Position numbers and translations under genes: made by a program
Notes under the pieces: generated by a model
Database searches by the model: none
Told to the model about the DNA's origin: nothing
The model's input: only the letters and a program-made list of their open reading frames with translations
Assembly: GCA_051294375.1 (NCBI GenBank)
Contig: CM119263.1
Coordinates: 3,410,593-3,474,592 of the forward strand
Source of the DNA: Paraspadella gotoi
Taxonomy: Eukaryota > Animalia > Chaetognatha
Direction of reading: 5' to 3'
Length of the DNA stretch: 64,000 nucleotides
Shown: positions 52,094 to 64,000 of the stretch, one piece after another
Layout: each line of letters starts with the position of its first letter
Numbering within the stretch: position 1 is the stretch's first letter

Positions 52094-54666
52094 TCTCTCT
52101 CTCTCTCTCTCTCTCTCCTCTTCTCTCCTCTCTCGTTTCTCCCTCTCTCTCTCTCTCTCTCTCTATTTCTCTTCCTTTCTCTCTTTCTCGTCTTCTCTCG
52201 TTCTGTTCTCAGTCCGCCTCATCATTCTAAAGTCAAATTCATACTATTGGTCTTCGCGGAGTTCGAATTACTTCACCTCCTCTCTCTCTCTCTCTCTCCT
52301 CTCTCATCGTCTGCCCCGTCTCGTTTCTCTCGTCTCATGTCTCTCTCATAGGCGCGAATTCTTGGACAAACAAAGGGATGAGCCCCGTTGACTTAAAACT
52401 TGGCTGAAGGGGAAAACGGTTGTACAAATCTTAAACACACAAATCGTTCCTTCAATTTCATGATTTGAAATAAAAATAAAGCCGAGATTTGTTTTTCTAT
52501 TGTTAAAAAAAGGAAACTCCGGCTTTGAACTATACGATTTCGTAAACAATATGTGATGAATGACTCCTTTTCTCACTTAAGAAGAAAACAGTTGAACATA
52601 AATTCACCGCCAACGGTTGAGATGTAAGAAGCAGAGAAATAAACTTCAAAGAACAAAAAGATTTTTAAATCAGAAAAGAAGTTGATTGCTGAGATTTAAA
52701 TCGCGTCCGCTTTTGTTAATCGTGAGATCAAACGATTTTTGTGTCGGACAAAACTTTGTTAATTATTTCTCTGTATAGGACAGGGATGTATATAAAACTC
52801 TCTTCTTACGATCCGGAAGTGATCGTAAAAAAGTTAAATATTTTAAAAAAGACAAAAACCTAAAAAGAGTTTTCGAAGCGGATGTTTTTTCGTCTTCTTC
52901 TCTTGTTTGACGTTTTTCTTTTGTTTACTTTTTTAATCTTCATATTCAAAAAAAAAAAGAAAAGAAAAAGAAAGTTGAGTTTCTTACTTGACGACGACGT
53001 GACGTCGATGACGGTTGGCGGGTGACGTCGTCGAGTCCTCGTCAAACAATTAGGGTGGCGTTTAAAAGATGGCGCTGAGGTGGGCGAGGAGGCGAGGGGG
53101 GGTGAGTGGTGGGAGTGGCACGTAAGATAGGAGGTGTAACTGCGTTAAAATGTGAACGCGTCGAATGAGGAGTGAAGGGTGAATCTAGAAATTAGTTTCT
53201 TCCTTCGAAACGATTGTCATTGTGATAATTTAAATTTGGTCGAAATAAAACACTTGGCCCACAAAACAATAATAAAAGCAATCGACTTTTGGCTACACAA
53301 TTCTCATAATATAATCTCAGCAGTACTTGTTGTTGTTGTTGTTGTGTCCTTGTTACTCTCTGTTTATTCCACCAAAGCCTCAGCTTTCATGCGAGGTATT
53401 CTCTCTGTCCGTCGCTGCTGCTTACTGCGTCCTGCCGCGCGCACGGCCACACCCGCAGCAGCATGCGCGTGCGACGTACTCGTTTCCGAGGTGTGGCAGA
53501 AGCGGTGGGGAGTCCGCGCTGAGGTAAGTTGCGTCGCTGGAGGTAAGTCGAGTCGTCGCTTAGCAACAGCGCGCGTCTCTTTGTTTAGTCTATCGATTCC
53601 GGAGAGAATTTATTGATTGTCTAGGAATCGAGGAGTTTTTGTTATCTTGATTGTTTCAGTGATTGATTGTTTTTTATATGTATAAATGTTGATTAGTGAC
53701 TAGTTTGTTAGTTAATAATCAGTGTACACAGAACTCATATCCGTAAGAATGTCATCTCGCGTTAAGAATTGATTGTTGACAAGGATTGATTGTCTTTTAT
53801 TTTTTTTCCTTCGAAATTCAACGTCAGGCGGCGCGAAACTCGATCGAAAAGATAAAGGAGACAAAAGGGCAGCGCGACCAATATTTCCGTTTTGTCTAAC
53901 AAATTGAGTCTGATTTTTTTTCCGGTTCACGTAACACCTGTCGATGGATCAGGTTTAAGAGGCGAGGACAGCTGTTAGTTCAAAACGATTGGCGGGAATT
54001 AAATAGCAATGGTTATCAATGTGATGATAGAGACGCAGTCAATGGAAATTTTCCTTTTTAATGATATGTTTGAGACATAAAAGAGAGAGAGAGAGGAGAG
54101 ATATATGACCGGAACTGATGACGCCGCTCACGAAATAGACGCCGCCGCTGACGCTGCGAATTTCGTTAGGAGACAACGACGCCGAAAAGTGACGGCGTCG
54201 ATTTGGTTGGCACCGGTCAGAAAGATGGCGCCGCCTAAACTGCCGACGCTGCTTCCAACCTTGCCGACGCAGCTGCCGACTCTGCTAAGAACGAAAGAGA
54301 TAAAAGATGAGCGTCGATTAACCCGAGAATTTTTATCGACTTTTTTTCCGTCAAAAGTTCGAAGGTGGTTGGCGAAGGTGAACTGGGGGTGGCGTTCAGA
54401 GTGGGTCGGCGTCAGGTGTGGCGAGGTGGCGGGGTGAAGGAGTGAACTCAGGGTGGTCTGGGATGACGTTTTGGTCTCGGGTGAAAAGTGGGTCAGGAGG
54501 TGAGCTAAAGGAGATGCGGTCAGCGACGCGATGGCGCCAAGAGGGAGAATTGATGGCACCGAAGAAAAAACTCTTGGGTCAAATGTCGCAGTTTGGTTCC
54601 TTTCGAAGTTGTTGTTGTTGTTGTTTTGAGATTGTTTCAAGTTTAGAAAGAATAAAAGAATGGAGA

Positions 54667-54711
<45 letters not shown>

Positions 54712-55405
54712 GAGAGAGAAAGAGAAAGAGAAAGAGAAAGAAGAGAGAGAGAGAGAACTGGCGGGACAAGAACGGTAACGAAAAAAGACGAAAAGCAAGA
54801 TACGAAATTGAAAGAAGTTTATCGAGAGCGTTGAAGATTGTCGAGAGTCCTACTATTGTGACTTGAGAGTGTTGATTTTTGAGAGTGTTGAATGTTGAGA
54901 GTGTGAGAGTGTTCCATTTCAAAACTTTGATCCGTTAAAACTGATCAACTGAGACGAATGAACAAGAGACCCACAACGAAGAATTTGTTTTTTTTCCAAA
55001 AATCTCCGAAAAAAAGTCGTTGATTTAATTTAAAAACTTCCGCTAAAAAAAAGAAGAGGAAAAGCGAAAACCGGCGAAAGTAAATTAAGCCTCGATTTTC
55101 CTTCGAATTTCTTGTCGAGAGTTTAAGAGTCTTATTATAAATTCAAAACCGCTAATTTACAACTTTTTTTTTTCAGTTTGAAAAAAGATTTTAAGTTAAT
55201 TTGTATTGGAAAAAACTGTTTAAAAGGGAGGAGTTACAACTTTAGGTCAGTCTGTTTTTTTAAAGGGTTTTCGTCCTTTGCTGATTTCGAAATGTGATCC
55301 TTTTTTTGGTGTCACGAGTAAAGAATCACGTGTGATTCGTCACGTGACCTCAGTGATTAAACATCCTCCGTAATCTCTTCAGCGAAAATCACCGCGAAGA
55401 TAACG

Positions 55406-55436
<31 letters not shown>

Positions 55437-55880
55437 AGTAGACGACAATAAACCTCCTCCGAGGGTGAAGTGCTTCTTTTACCGACGCCTGACCGACATT
55501 CGTGGCCGACAAGAAGACGCGTCGGTCGCCGCAACAAAAAAAAGTAGACGCGCTGAGATTAACGGGGCAAATGTTTTTTTTTTTGGGGGGGGGTGGGGGG
55601 GCGCGAGGGGTCGGATGGGGTCGGGAAGAGGTCACTGAGTTCTGGTCAGAGTTTGGGTCCTTAATTTCCGACAACCGCGGAATCACGAGAAATGGGGAAT
55701 TTTTTTCTTTTGTTATTTATTTTTTGGTTGCGATTTTTTAAAGTTCGATTATAACTTTCAAATTCAATTTAATATTTTATTGGTCGTGTTCTTTTGTTTT
55801 ACAAGTTTAGTCCTCTTGTCGTATTTACTTTACCACCAACTTTCTTGTCACCGACGCTTTCTCGTGTTTATTTTGTCACG
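48249..55880. repeat. About 7.6-kb palindrome: arms 48249-52041 and 52352-55880 around a roughly 310-bp CT-rich spacer
   Basis: 'ggtgacaaataaacacgagagaaagcgtcggtgacaagaaa' (48251) mirrors 55841-55880. 'tccaagaattcg' (52028) mirrors 'cgaattcttgga' (52355). The spacer repeats 47910-48223. Confidence 0.92.
53310..53523 (+). CDS. Candidate exon encoding a signal-peptide-like segment of an unidentified protein (mirror copy about 50787-51000, minus strand)
   Basis: The consensus of the two arms reads approximately VVVVVSLLALCLF..ASAF...PQQHARATYSFP...AVGESALR, followed by GAG|GTAAGT. The frame is broken by indels in both copies. Confidence 0.35.
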
Positions 55881-56583
55881 AAACGTCTGGTCATATTCTC
55901 CTTGTCATATTCGTTTTTACTTAATTAAGCTAATTTACTAATCCTTCCCAAACAAATGATTCGATGTTGAATCCTATTTTTTCTTTGACAGGTGGCGTTC
56001 GCCGCCTTTTTTTAGCGAGAGAAGAAGGATTAAATATTGTTTTTTTTTAATTTTAAGAGATGACAGGTTGTCTAGAAATTAATGTTATTGGGTGGAATTT
56101 CGTAGGATGATTTTAACATAGAGACGGCAAAAAATTACTAACGAGCAGAAGTTTATGAGTTGAATCTGTACGTAATTGATTAAAATGACTAATTAGTGGG
56201 ATGATTGGATGGAGACTTGCAAGCAAGGTAAGCAACGGGCGATTGTCTGGATTGATTGTTATTTTTTTTGCGCAAAAAAGTTGACCTTAATTTTTGTTGT
56301 CGATCGTAAAAACGCGACGGAAAATTAAGGAGAAAAAAGAAAAGGAAAAAAAAAAAAAAAGGAAAAAAAGAAGAAAAGAGGGAAAAAAGGATGGTGGGAT
56401 CAGTTATGAGGTAAACGAGGGACGAAAGGTGAGGATCGAGGTTTGAAGGGAAGGCCGGAGGGAGTTGAGGAGCTAAAGTACGAGGTGAGGAGCGATTCGG
56501 CGTGAGTTTCTGGAGCGGTAGGAGCGGGGAAAGGTCGCTACGAAGCCTGAGCCGAATGGATTAGATGGTTCGTCGGACGTCCA

Positions 56584-56636
56584 TCACGGCTGAAGGCAGC
56601 CTTCGATGGATTGGAACGGACCTTTTATGTCAAAAC
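56584..56636 (-). CDS. Candidate terminal exon following 56776-56870
   Basis: Acceptor 'aaatttccag' after an AT-rich intron of about 140 nt. Reads (G/R)FDIKGPFQSIEGCLQP-TGA; the other two frames stop within four codons. Confidence 0.4.
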
Positions 56637-56775
56637 CTGGAAATTTAATTTAAAAAAGGATTTAAAACACGAAAAAAAGGTAATGAAAAAAGTATGTTTT
56701 AAGATGTTGAAATGAAAGCTAAAATATTAAAACACAATTAAAGAATTATAAAATTGGATTAAACTTGTTTTTGAC

Positions 56776-56870
56776 CGCAGGTACGTTTTTCCGACCACAT
56801 CGAAAAATTGATATTAATCCAGTAGCCAAAGTCGAAAGCTTCTTGGTCCGAAGGGATTTCTCTCGGAAGA
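56776..56870 (-). CDS. Candidate internal exon of an unidentified protein
   Basis: Acceptor 'ttttttttctatcccag'. Reads LPREIPSDQEAFDFGYWININFSMWSEKRTC. Phase-1 GT donors at 56784 or 56775 both join the next exon in frame. Confidence 0.45.
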
Positions 56871-56983
56871 CTGGGATAGAAAAAAAATATTGATGAATTC
56901 GAAAAAGAGAAATCCATTGTTTAATGGACACGCAATAGGCAGTATAGTACAGAGAGAGAGAAAAGAAAGAGAGAGAGAAGAGG

Positions 56984-57022
<39 letters not shown>

Positions 57023-57309
57023 TGAGAGAGAGAGATGAGAGAAGAGAGAGAGTAGAGAGAGACACTTAACAAGAACTTTCGCGTTGAAACGCGCGCGAAT
57101 AAAAATAACTTGGAAGGCAAAGAGTTAGCAATGATCTGATGGAAAAAAGAATGAGGGAAGAGGGAGGAGGAGGAGGAGGAGGAGGAGAACGTGTGGGAGG
57201 CGCGAGCCATTTGAAGAGGAAGAGCGGTGAGGAAGAAGATGAGGAGGAGGCGAAGTAAACCGAAACGGAAACCGTCTGTTGGAAGAGCCAGAAAAACGTA
57301 AAGAGAGAT

Positions 57310-57344
<35 letters not shown>

Positions 57345-57349
57345 AGAGA

Positions 57350-57408
<59 letters not shown>

Positions 57409-58951
57409 ATAATATAAAAAATGAGGGAGGAGAAGAAAGAGGAGAATGTTGAGGTTTTCCAACCAGAAAAAAAAAAACAAGAAAACAAGAAAAAAGAAAA
57501 GAAAAGAAAAAGGAAACAGAGCAATCAGTTTGGGCCGGAAGAGAATGCGCTTCGCATCTTGAGTAACAATAATGCGAACGAATTGAAGATGAAGATGATG
57601 ATGATGATGATGATGTTGATGTAGATTATGATGATGATGAGGATCAAGTGGCTGTTGATGTTGAAAACGCTGTATAAGACCAAATGGTTGAAAAATAGCG
57701 GCGGTTTGAATGAAAGACATTGGATGTTTTGAACGTTGTAGTAAATTAAGAGTCTGTAAAAGATAAAATAGCTTTTCAAGATAAATATAAGTAGAAGTGG
57801 CTGTTTAATAAGAAAACGCTGCATGGACTAAAGAGGCAGTTGAATTTAAACACTGAAGGGGAAAAAAGTTAGAAGAATATCATTTTTAAAACTTAAAAAG
57901 ATATTTTAAAGAAGATGAAATGATATAAACTTGAAATAAGAAGATGAGATCAACTTAAGACGCATCATGAAAAAAGGTAAATGACGCGGACGGACCGACG
58001 GAGAGACGGACCGTGGGCCGACGAAAAGAGAGGTGAGGCGGAAAGAAAGGAAACGTGGAGAAAAGAAAAGAAAAGAAAAGAAAGAAAAGAAAAGAAAGAA
58101 AAGAAAGAAAAGAAAAGCCTTCAAGAGCGAAAGAATTACGGCGTTCCGTCGCTGAGAGAACGAGAACAATTATTCTTAAGTTTCGCTGAATCTTTTTTTT
58201 CCCTTTTTTTCGTTTCACGACTTAATTATTGTGGAATGTCCGTTTTTTCATTCATGAGATGGAGTTGCATGTTGATTCGTATCGAATTGTGTCAGACGTC
58301 ACGTTTGTTTCGCCGGCCGAGCATCAAAGGTCTGTGAAAATAATCTCTATTGCTTCCTCTTGTTTGGATACAAACGTCCGCGAGACTAGGGAAAACGAAA
58401 AAACTTTTTCCCGCAATTTTTAGACTTTTGATGCCACGAGTTATGTTCCGATTATTATGGTAATTGCCCAAAAAAAGCAGTAATAGCAAAGCTATGACAA
58501 TTGCAAAATTACTTTTTTCACTATATTAAACTGAAATAACTAAATTTTAGATTATAAATGAGTGTTAAATTGATTTATTAGTTATATTTAATATATTTGT
58601 ATTACAATGGGGACAGGGATGATAGTGTTGTCTTCTGGAAATAAAGCGAAATACTTTTTGCTCCAGGTTTGTAAATAGATATTAAACATCGTTCTAGTTA
58701 GAAAGTCATTTATTAAAAAATCAAATCATCTAAATAGCCAAATGGTGCCAATGATATTTCTCTTAATTCCCAATGAATAACCGTTTCTATTAATAACAGG
58801 TCGCGTTTCTCAAAAGTTTTTCAGTTTTGTTAATCGAGTAAAATTGACTAGTTTTAGTTCTTTTACTATTTAAACTTTAGTTTCTTTTTGCGCCGTGAAT
58901 GAGTTCAGGGTTTAGACTCTTCCAGGNNNNNNNNNNNNNNNNNNNNNNNNN

Positions 58952-60810
58952 ACCCAGAAGAGAAGATTAAATACTCATCGGTGTTTAAATATAATTCAAC
59001 AAAATTAAATCATTATTTTTTTACAAAACTTTATGATTAAAAATCCTAATTTTTCATCTAGACATTAATGTGGCAAAAGCTATTTGCTTTTAAAAGTTTT
59101 TTTTAATCCTGTTTGTTTCCTGATTGTGTTTGAGTCTTTCCTGTGCGCGGATACAAAAATCGCCTTTTGCCTATTCACTCATCCTACTCATATCAACCGC
59201 TCTCCCTCCCACAGCCTTTAGAGAAAGAGTCTCTACGAAATTTGATGATAACGTTTTAACTTGATTTACTTGATTTATGGATTACTTGATTGATTTATTT
59301 CTCTCTCTTCTATTCTTTCCTTTCTTCTTCTTTCTTTCTTTCCTTTTCTTTCCTCTCCTTTCTTCTCTTCCTTCTCCATTTCTTATCTTTTTCTCTTTCT
59401 TTTTTTCTTTTTTTCTTTTCTTTCTTTCTTTCTTTCTTTTCCTCCCCTGTTTCGAGTGAGGAATATCACTCCTCTCATCCAAACTTTACGCCGATCTAGA
59501 TTACTCGTAAACCGAAAAAGAGAGACGAGACGAGACCGAGCAGAGGAGAGAGAGAGAGCCACGCACGAGCAGACGAGACGCCACGGACCGAGACGCGAGA
59601 GAGCACGACGCAGGCACGGCGAGAGACGCGCAGCACGCCAGACCGCCAGACCACACCTCACCCGCCATTCCTGTTCCTCTCTCAAAACTCTCTCTTCGCA
59701 CCGCGTTGCTTAAAATAAATTCCTTTTTTAATAATAATTCCCCCTCAACATCTCGCCTCCTTTTAGTTCGCGTTGAACGCTTTGTTTACATTTTAATGTC
59801 ATACCTCGGGATTCACCTTCTCTACCTTTCTAAAAATTTAGAACTAAAGGCAAAACACAAACCAAAGGCCCGGCAAAAATGCGATCGTCGACTTTTCTAC
59901 GCAATCAAAGAAAACAAGAAGAATTCCGCAAAAAAATGCTCTCTCTTCTCTCTCTTCAAATCGTGCTGTCTCATCGATTCTCTTCCTTCAGAGCTCGTCT
60001 CTTCTCTCTCGTCTCAGTGATGTATTACCAATGCCGGGAGAAACTCTCTCTCCTCCTCCCTCTCTCTCTCTCTCATCGCTCTCCAGTGAGGCCGCTAGGT
60101 CACGACCTTGTATGATCAGGTGCGTGGGTGTGTTAAGTTGTCTAGATTATTGGTCATTCCAGGTGATAGCTTGACTTCATTTGTTTGATTTTACTTGCTC
60201 ATTTCGTGCGGCTACGCAGACCCGCTTGGAAAGGATCTCAAAACCCTGAAGTCATATCACGGTGAGCTAGGATGTAATGACGCTGACTAAAGTATCCTCA
60301 CAACGTGGGCGGTGGCAAAAAGAGAACAACTAATAAATAAATCAATAAATCAATAAATCAATAAATCAATAAGACAAAAAAGTTTAGCATCAAATTTCTA
60401 AAACTCTTCGTCTTAAAGCTTGTGAGGGAAGCTTCGAATGAGTAGATGAGGTGGATTAGGCAAAACATTTTTTTATCCGCGCACCAAAATAAACCAAATC
60501 ANNNNNNNNNNNNNNNNNNNNNNNNNNNNNNNNNNNNNNNNNNNNNNNNNNNNNNNNNNNNNNNNNNNNNNNNNNNNNNNNNNNNNNNNNNNNNNNNNNN
60601 NNNNNNNNNNNNNNNNNNNNNNNNNNNNNNNNNNNNNNNNNNNNNNNNNNNNNNNNNNNNNNNNNNNNNNNNNNNNNNNNNNNNACAAATCCTTTTTGCC
60701 AATTAATGTCTAGATGAAAAAAATAGGATTTTAATTCATAAAGTTTTGTAAAAAATATTGATAAATTTTGTTGAATTATATTTTAGACACCGATGAGTAT
60801 TTTAATTCAT
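58952..60810. repeat. Inverted pair 58952-59300 / 60330-60810
   Basis: 'aatactcatcggtgt...catctagacattaat' mirrors 'attaatgtctagatg...acaccgatgagtatt'. The left arm starts at a 25-N gap. Confidence 0.8.
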
Positions 60811-63800
60811 TTTAATCTATTTTTGTACTTGAAACATATTCCCACATGGCCGAAACATTAACTCTTTTTGTTTCTCTTAAATTAATCATATTCCCGTTGT
60901 AACANNNNNNNNNNNNNNNNNNNNNNNNNNNNNNNNNNNNNNNNNNNNNNNNNNNNNNNNNNNNNNNNNNNNNNNNNNNNNNNNNNNNNNNNNNNNNNNN
61001 NNNNNNNNNNNNNNNNNNNNNNNNNNNNNNNNNNNNNNNNNNNNNNNNNNNNNNNNNNNNNNNNNNNNNNNNNNNNNNNNNNNNNNNNNNNNNNNNNNNN
61101 NNNNNNNNNNNNNNNNNNNNNNNNNNNNNNNNNNNNNNNNNNNNNNNNNNNNNNNNNNNNNNATCCTCGAATTAAATCGACGCGAATTCGAAACTCGCAA
61201 CTTATTTCTTTCTTTTTCTTATTTCTTTCTTTTTCTTTTCTTTTTCTTTTATTTTCTTTTTCTCTTTTTTTCCCCGGAAATTACAGAGGGAAATGGATGT
61301 GAAGATGGGCGGCGAAGATCTTCACACGAGGAAAACTGTGAGGTCGGGTTTTTTTTCCTTTTTCAAATCTGTGAGGTTAAAACCAACGGGAGAAGCGGAT
61401 GTGAGACTCATTGAAGTGAATATATAAAGTGAATTATAGGATAGAAAAAAATATGATGAATTAATCAAAATAAAAAATATAAAAAATATTCATATATTGA
61501 TTAATAATTATTACTTTGGTTAATTTAGTAATGAAAGCCTCTCATAAAAATATCCTTTTGAATGTTAACACAAGTAAAGTAAAATTAAATCAATTTTGTT
61601 TAAGGCCCCCCCCCTTAAGAACGAAAACCTGATCCCAACGCTACAAGTAAAATCTCCGAAATAAAAAAGGAAAAAAAAAATATTAAAAGATGAAAAATGA
61701 GAGGAAACCAACGCGAAGAAGATTCGCCTAATTTGCATAATTTGGCGAAGGTATTCCTCTCGCGCGGAGAATTCCTTTACGACGATTAAGCCGCGGTTGT
61801 TAAGGCCGTCGTTAAGGCCGTTGCTAAGCTCGTTGCTAAGCTTACTTTCCAGAGCTGGATCCAGTGCGCGGATATGCAAATGTTGAACCTCGTAAAAGAG
61901 AACCATGTTGGAATTGTAGACGAGTGATTAAAAAAAAAAGAGAGAGAAAAGATTAGAATTCTCTCTTGAAGAATAAAACCATTTTTTTCTGACGTTTGTA
62001 TGATAGGTTATCTCTTGCATATCTCGGGAGTTTTCATGGAATTAGCTTGGAAATCCTATACGCGCTAGTATTGTTACTTAGAGCATAACAATATTTAGTT
62101 TAACATACTGTCTGCGAGTTAATGGATTTTTAATCGTAATTTTAAAAGCGAGCAACTATTATATATGTGGAGATAAATAAAATATTTTCGAAGTAATAAA
62201 CGCTTAATCTGAATATGCTATACATTACATAACCAATTACATCCGGTATCTAAAATCTGAATGGAATTATATCCGGAACGTCCTTAATGCGACTCTTTAC
62301 ATCCGGAACGTAATCCATTACATCCGGGCGGCTCGAGTCGCTCGTGAAAAGAAACTTACGCGGGAAACGACGGAAAGGAGAAGCGAAAGTCATTCATCAT
62401 AACTCGGGACTTTTTTTTATCCCGACGTCGGAAGGAAAGAAATAAAAAAAAGGAAATAAAAAGAAAAAGAAAGGAAAAAGAAAGAGAAATAAGGAAAGAG
62501 TGTATAAAAGGAGGAAGTAGAGTGGAGGAAAGATGCAGCGTTTCTTTTCTTTTCAAAGGAAATACTCGGATTTCTTTCCTATTTTCTTCCTTTTCTTTCG
62601 CGTCTCGAAATTAATCTTGTTTAAAAAGTCGTCGAATCGAAAAAGTTGTTTTTTGAGCTAAAATAAAGATTTTCTCTCTCTCTCTCTCTCTCTCTCTCNN
62701 NNNNNNNNNNNNNNNNNNNNNNNNNNNNNNNNNNNNNNNNNNNNNNNNNNNNNNNNNNNNNNNNNNNNNNNNNNNNNNNNNNNNNNNNNNNNNNNNNNNN
62801 NNNNNNNNNNNNNNNNNNNNNNNNNNNNNNNNNNNNNNNNNNNNNNNNNNNNNNNNNNNNNNNNNNNNNNNNNNNNNNNNNNNNNNNNNNNNNNNNNNNN
62901 NNNNNNNNNNNNNNNNNNNNNNNNNNNNNNNNNNNNNNNNNNNNNNNNNNNNNNNNNNNCTATAATGTTACAAATTGGTGGGAAAAAATAGTCGAGTAGT
63001 TTTCTATCAGCATAAAAAAATATTTAATAATCCGATTGCTCTTCGTTTCGATTATATTGAAAGTTCTTCCGTATCACTCAAGTTGGAAGTCCGTGTATTT
63101 CGGTTTTAAGAGATTTCTTTTTATTTGACTCTTGGATTTCTTCGAGGTCAAGTGTGAATCATGCCAGGATCAGCCGAGNNNNNNNNNNNNNNNNNNNNNN
63201 NNNNNNNNNNNNNNNNNNNNNNNNNNNNNNNNNNNNNNNNNNNNNNNNNNNNNNNNNNNNNNNNNNNNNNNNNNNNNNNNNNNNNNNNNNNNNNNNNNNN
63301 NNNNNNNNNNNNNNNNNNNNNNNNNNNNNNNNNNNNNNNNNNNNNNNNNNNNNNNNNNNNNNNNTTAACTGAGAGACTTCTCAGAAACGGGTTAATTAAA
63401 TAGAATTTACTTGAAGATGAATTAGGTCGGTCTTTTCGATTTGATCGATAATTTTAATCTTCAAGACGACAAGACAGACATCGAATGACAAAATCAACTC
63501 AGTGTCATCGATCAATGAGCAAATTGCTGTCTGAACGGGTAACATTAAGTGTTTTGTTGGACGAAGAGAGAACCCGCTTTAATTCACTTTTAGGTCGGTC
63601 GGTCGGTATGTCTGTCTGTCTGTCGATCTGTCCCACTTAATTTTTACTTAAATGCTCACAACTTCTATAATTCTTCATCAATTAAGTTCATATTTAGTAG
63701 ATAGGTAAGGTAGCTTTAAGTTTAGCTTTGGATTTTGCATTAGCTTTCCGAAGAAATTTTACTACCTTTAATAAAATATTTAATATCTCCCGTCCCGACT

Positions 63801-63834
63801 CAATACCGACGATGAAGTCACTTAAAAGGGTTAA

Positions 63835-64000
63835 GACGACGACGCCAGATTTTCGCCGCTGCCGCCACCGCCGCCGCCGCTGCCGCCGCCGCCGCCGCCA
63901 CCCCGGCCGCTGCCTCTCCCGTCGCCTCTTTTCAGAGACGCGGCGTCGACGATAAAGCGTCACGCGCGTCGTCAGCGGGACTTGGGCGCTCGGTTGGGGG
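63835..64000. other. GC-rich (GCC)n-containing segment, probably an exon running off the window
   Basis: Abrupt rise in GC. Several frames are open (poly-Pro or poly-Ala on +, poly-Gly on -), so strand and frame cannot be fixed. Confidence 0.3.

Noticed and set aside
48249-55880. DNA transposon or Polinton with long terminal inverted repeats
   Set aside because: The arms make up almost the whole structure, there is no internal transposase or polymerase ORF, and the left arm starts at a 25-N gap.
57525-57720. His-rich protein (HHHHNLHQHHHHHHH)
   Set aside because: It arises from a (GAT)n tract, the ORF runs into (CT)n sequence, and I found no supporting splice sites or domain.

Overview
AT-rich animal (probably invertebrate) genomic DNA from a noisy draft assembly. 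It has short GT-AG introns, GC-richer exons, dense (AG)n/(GAC)n/(GTT)n microsatellites and many N gaps. I found no prokaryotic features, RNA genes, CRISPR arrays or recognisable transposase/RT ORFs. The one firmly identifiable gene is a minus-strand ADAMTS-like secreted matrix protein (about 19.2/19.8-23.0 kb). Its order is signal peptide, long basic low-complexity N-terminus, TSP1 repeat, ADAMTS Cys-rich module, spacer domain and Thr-rich mucin-like stalk, with no metalloprotease domain. A second, indel-riddled copy of its 5' half (34.9-36.3 kb) supplies the exon and TSP1 sequence that are N in the first copy. Other candidate exons of unidentified genes lie at about 17.4-18.0, 53.3-53.5 and 56.6-56.9 kb. 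Much of the window is redundant: direct and inverted copies of kb-scale blocks that differ mainly by 1-2 nt indels or decay into insertion-filled noise, often beside gaps of exactly 25 N. This pattern fits long-read gap-filling artefacts better than real duplication. I found no convincing new biological system; the best leads are the unusual ADAMTS-like architecture and a few odd repeats.
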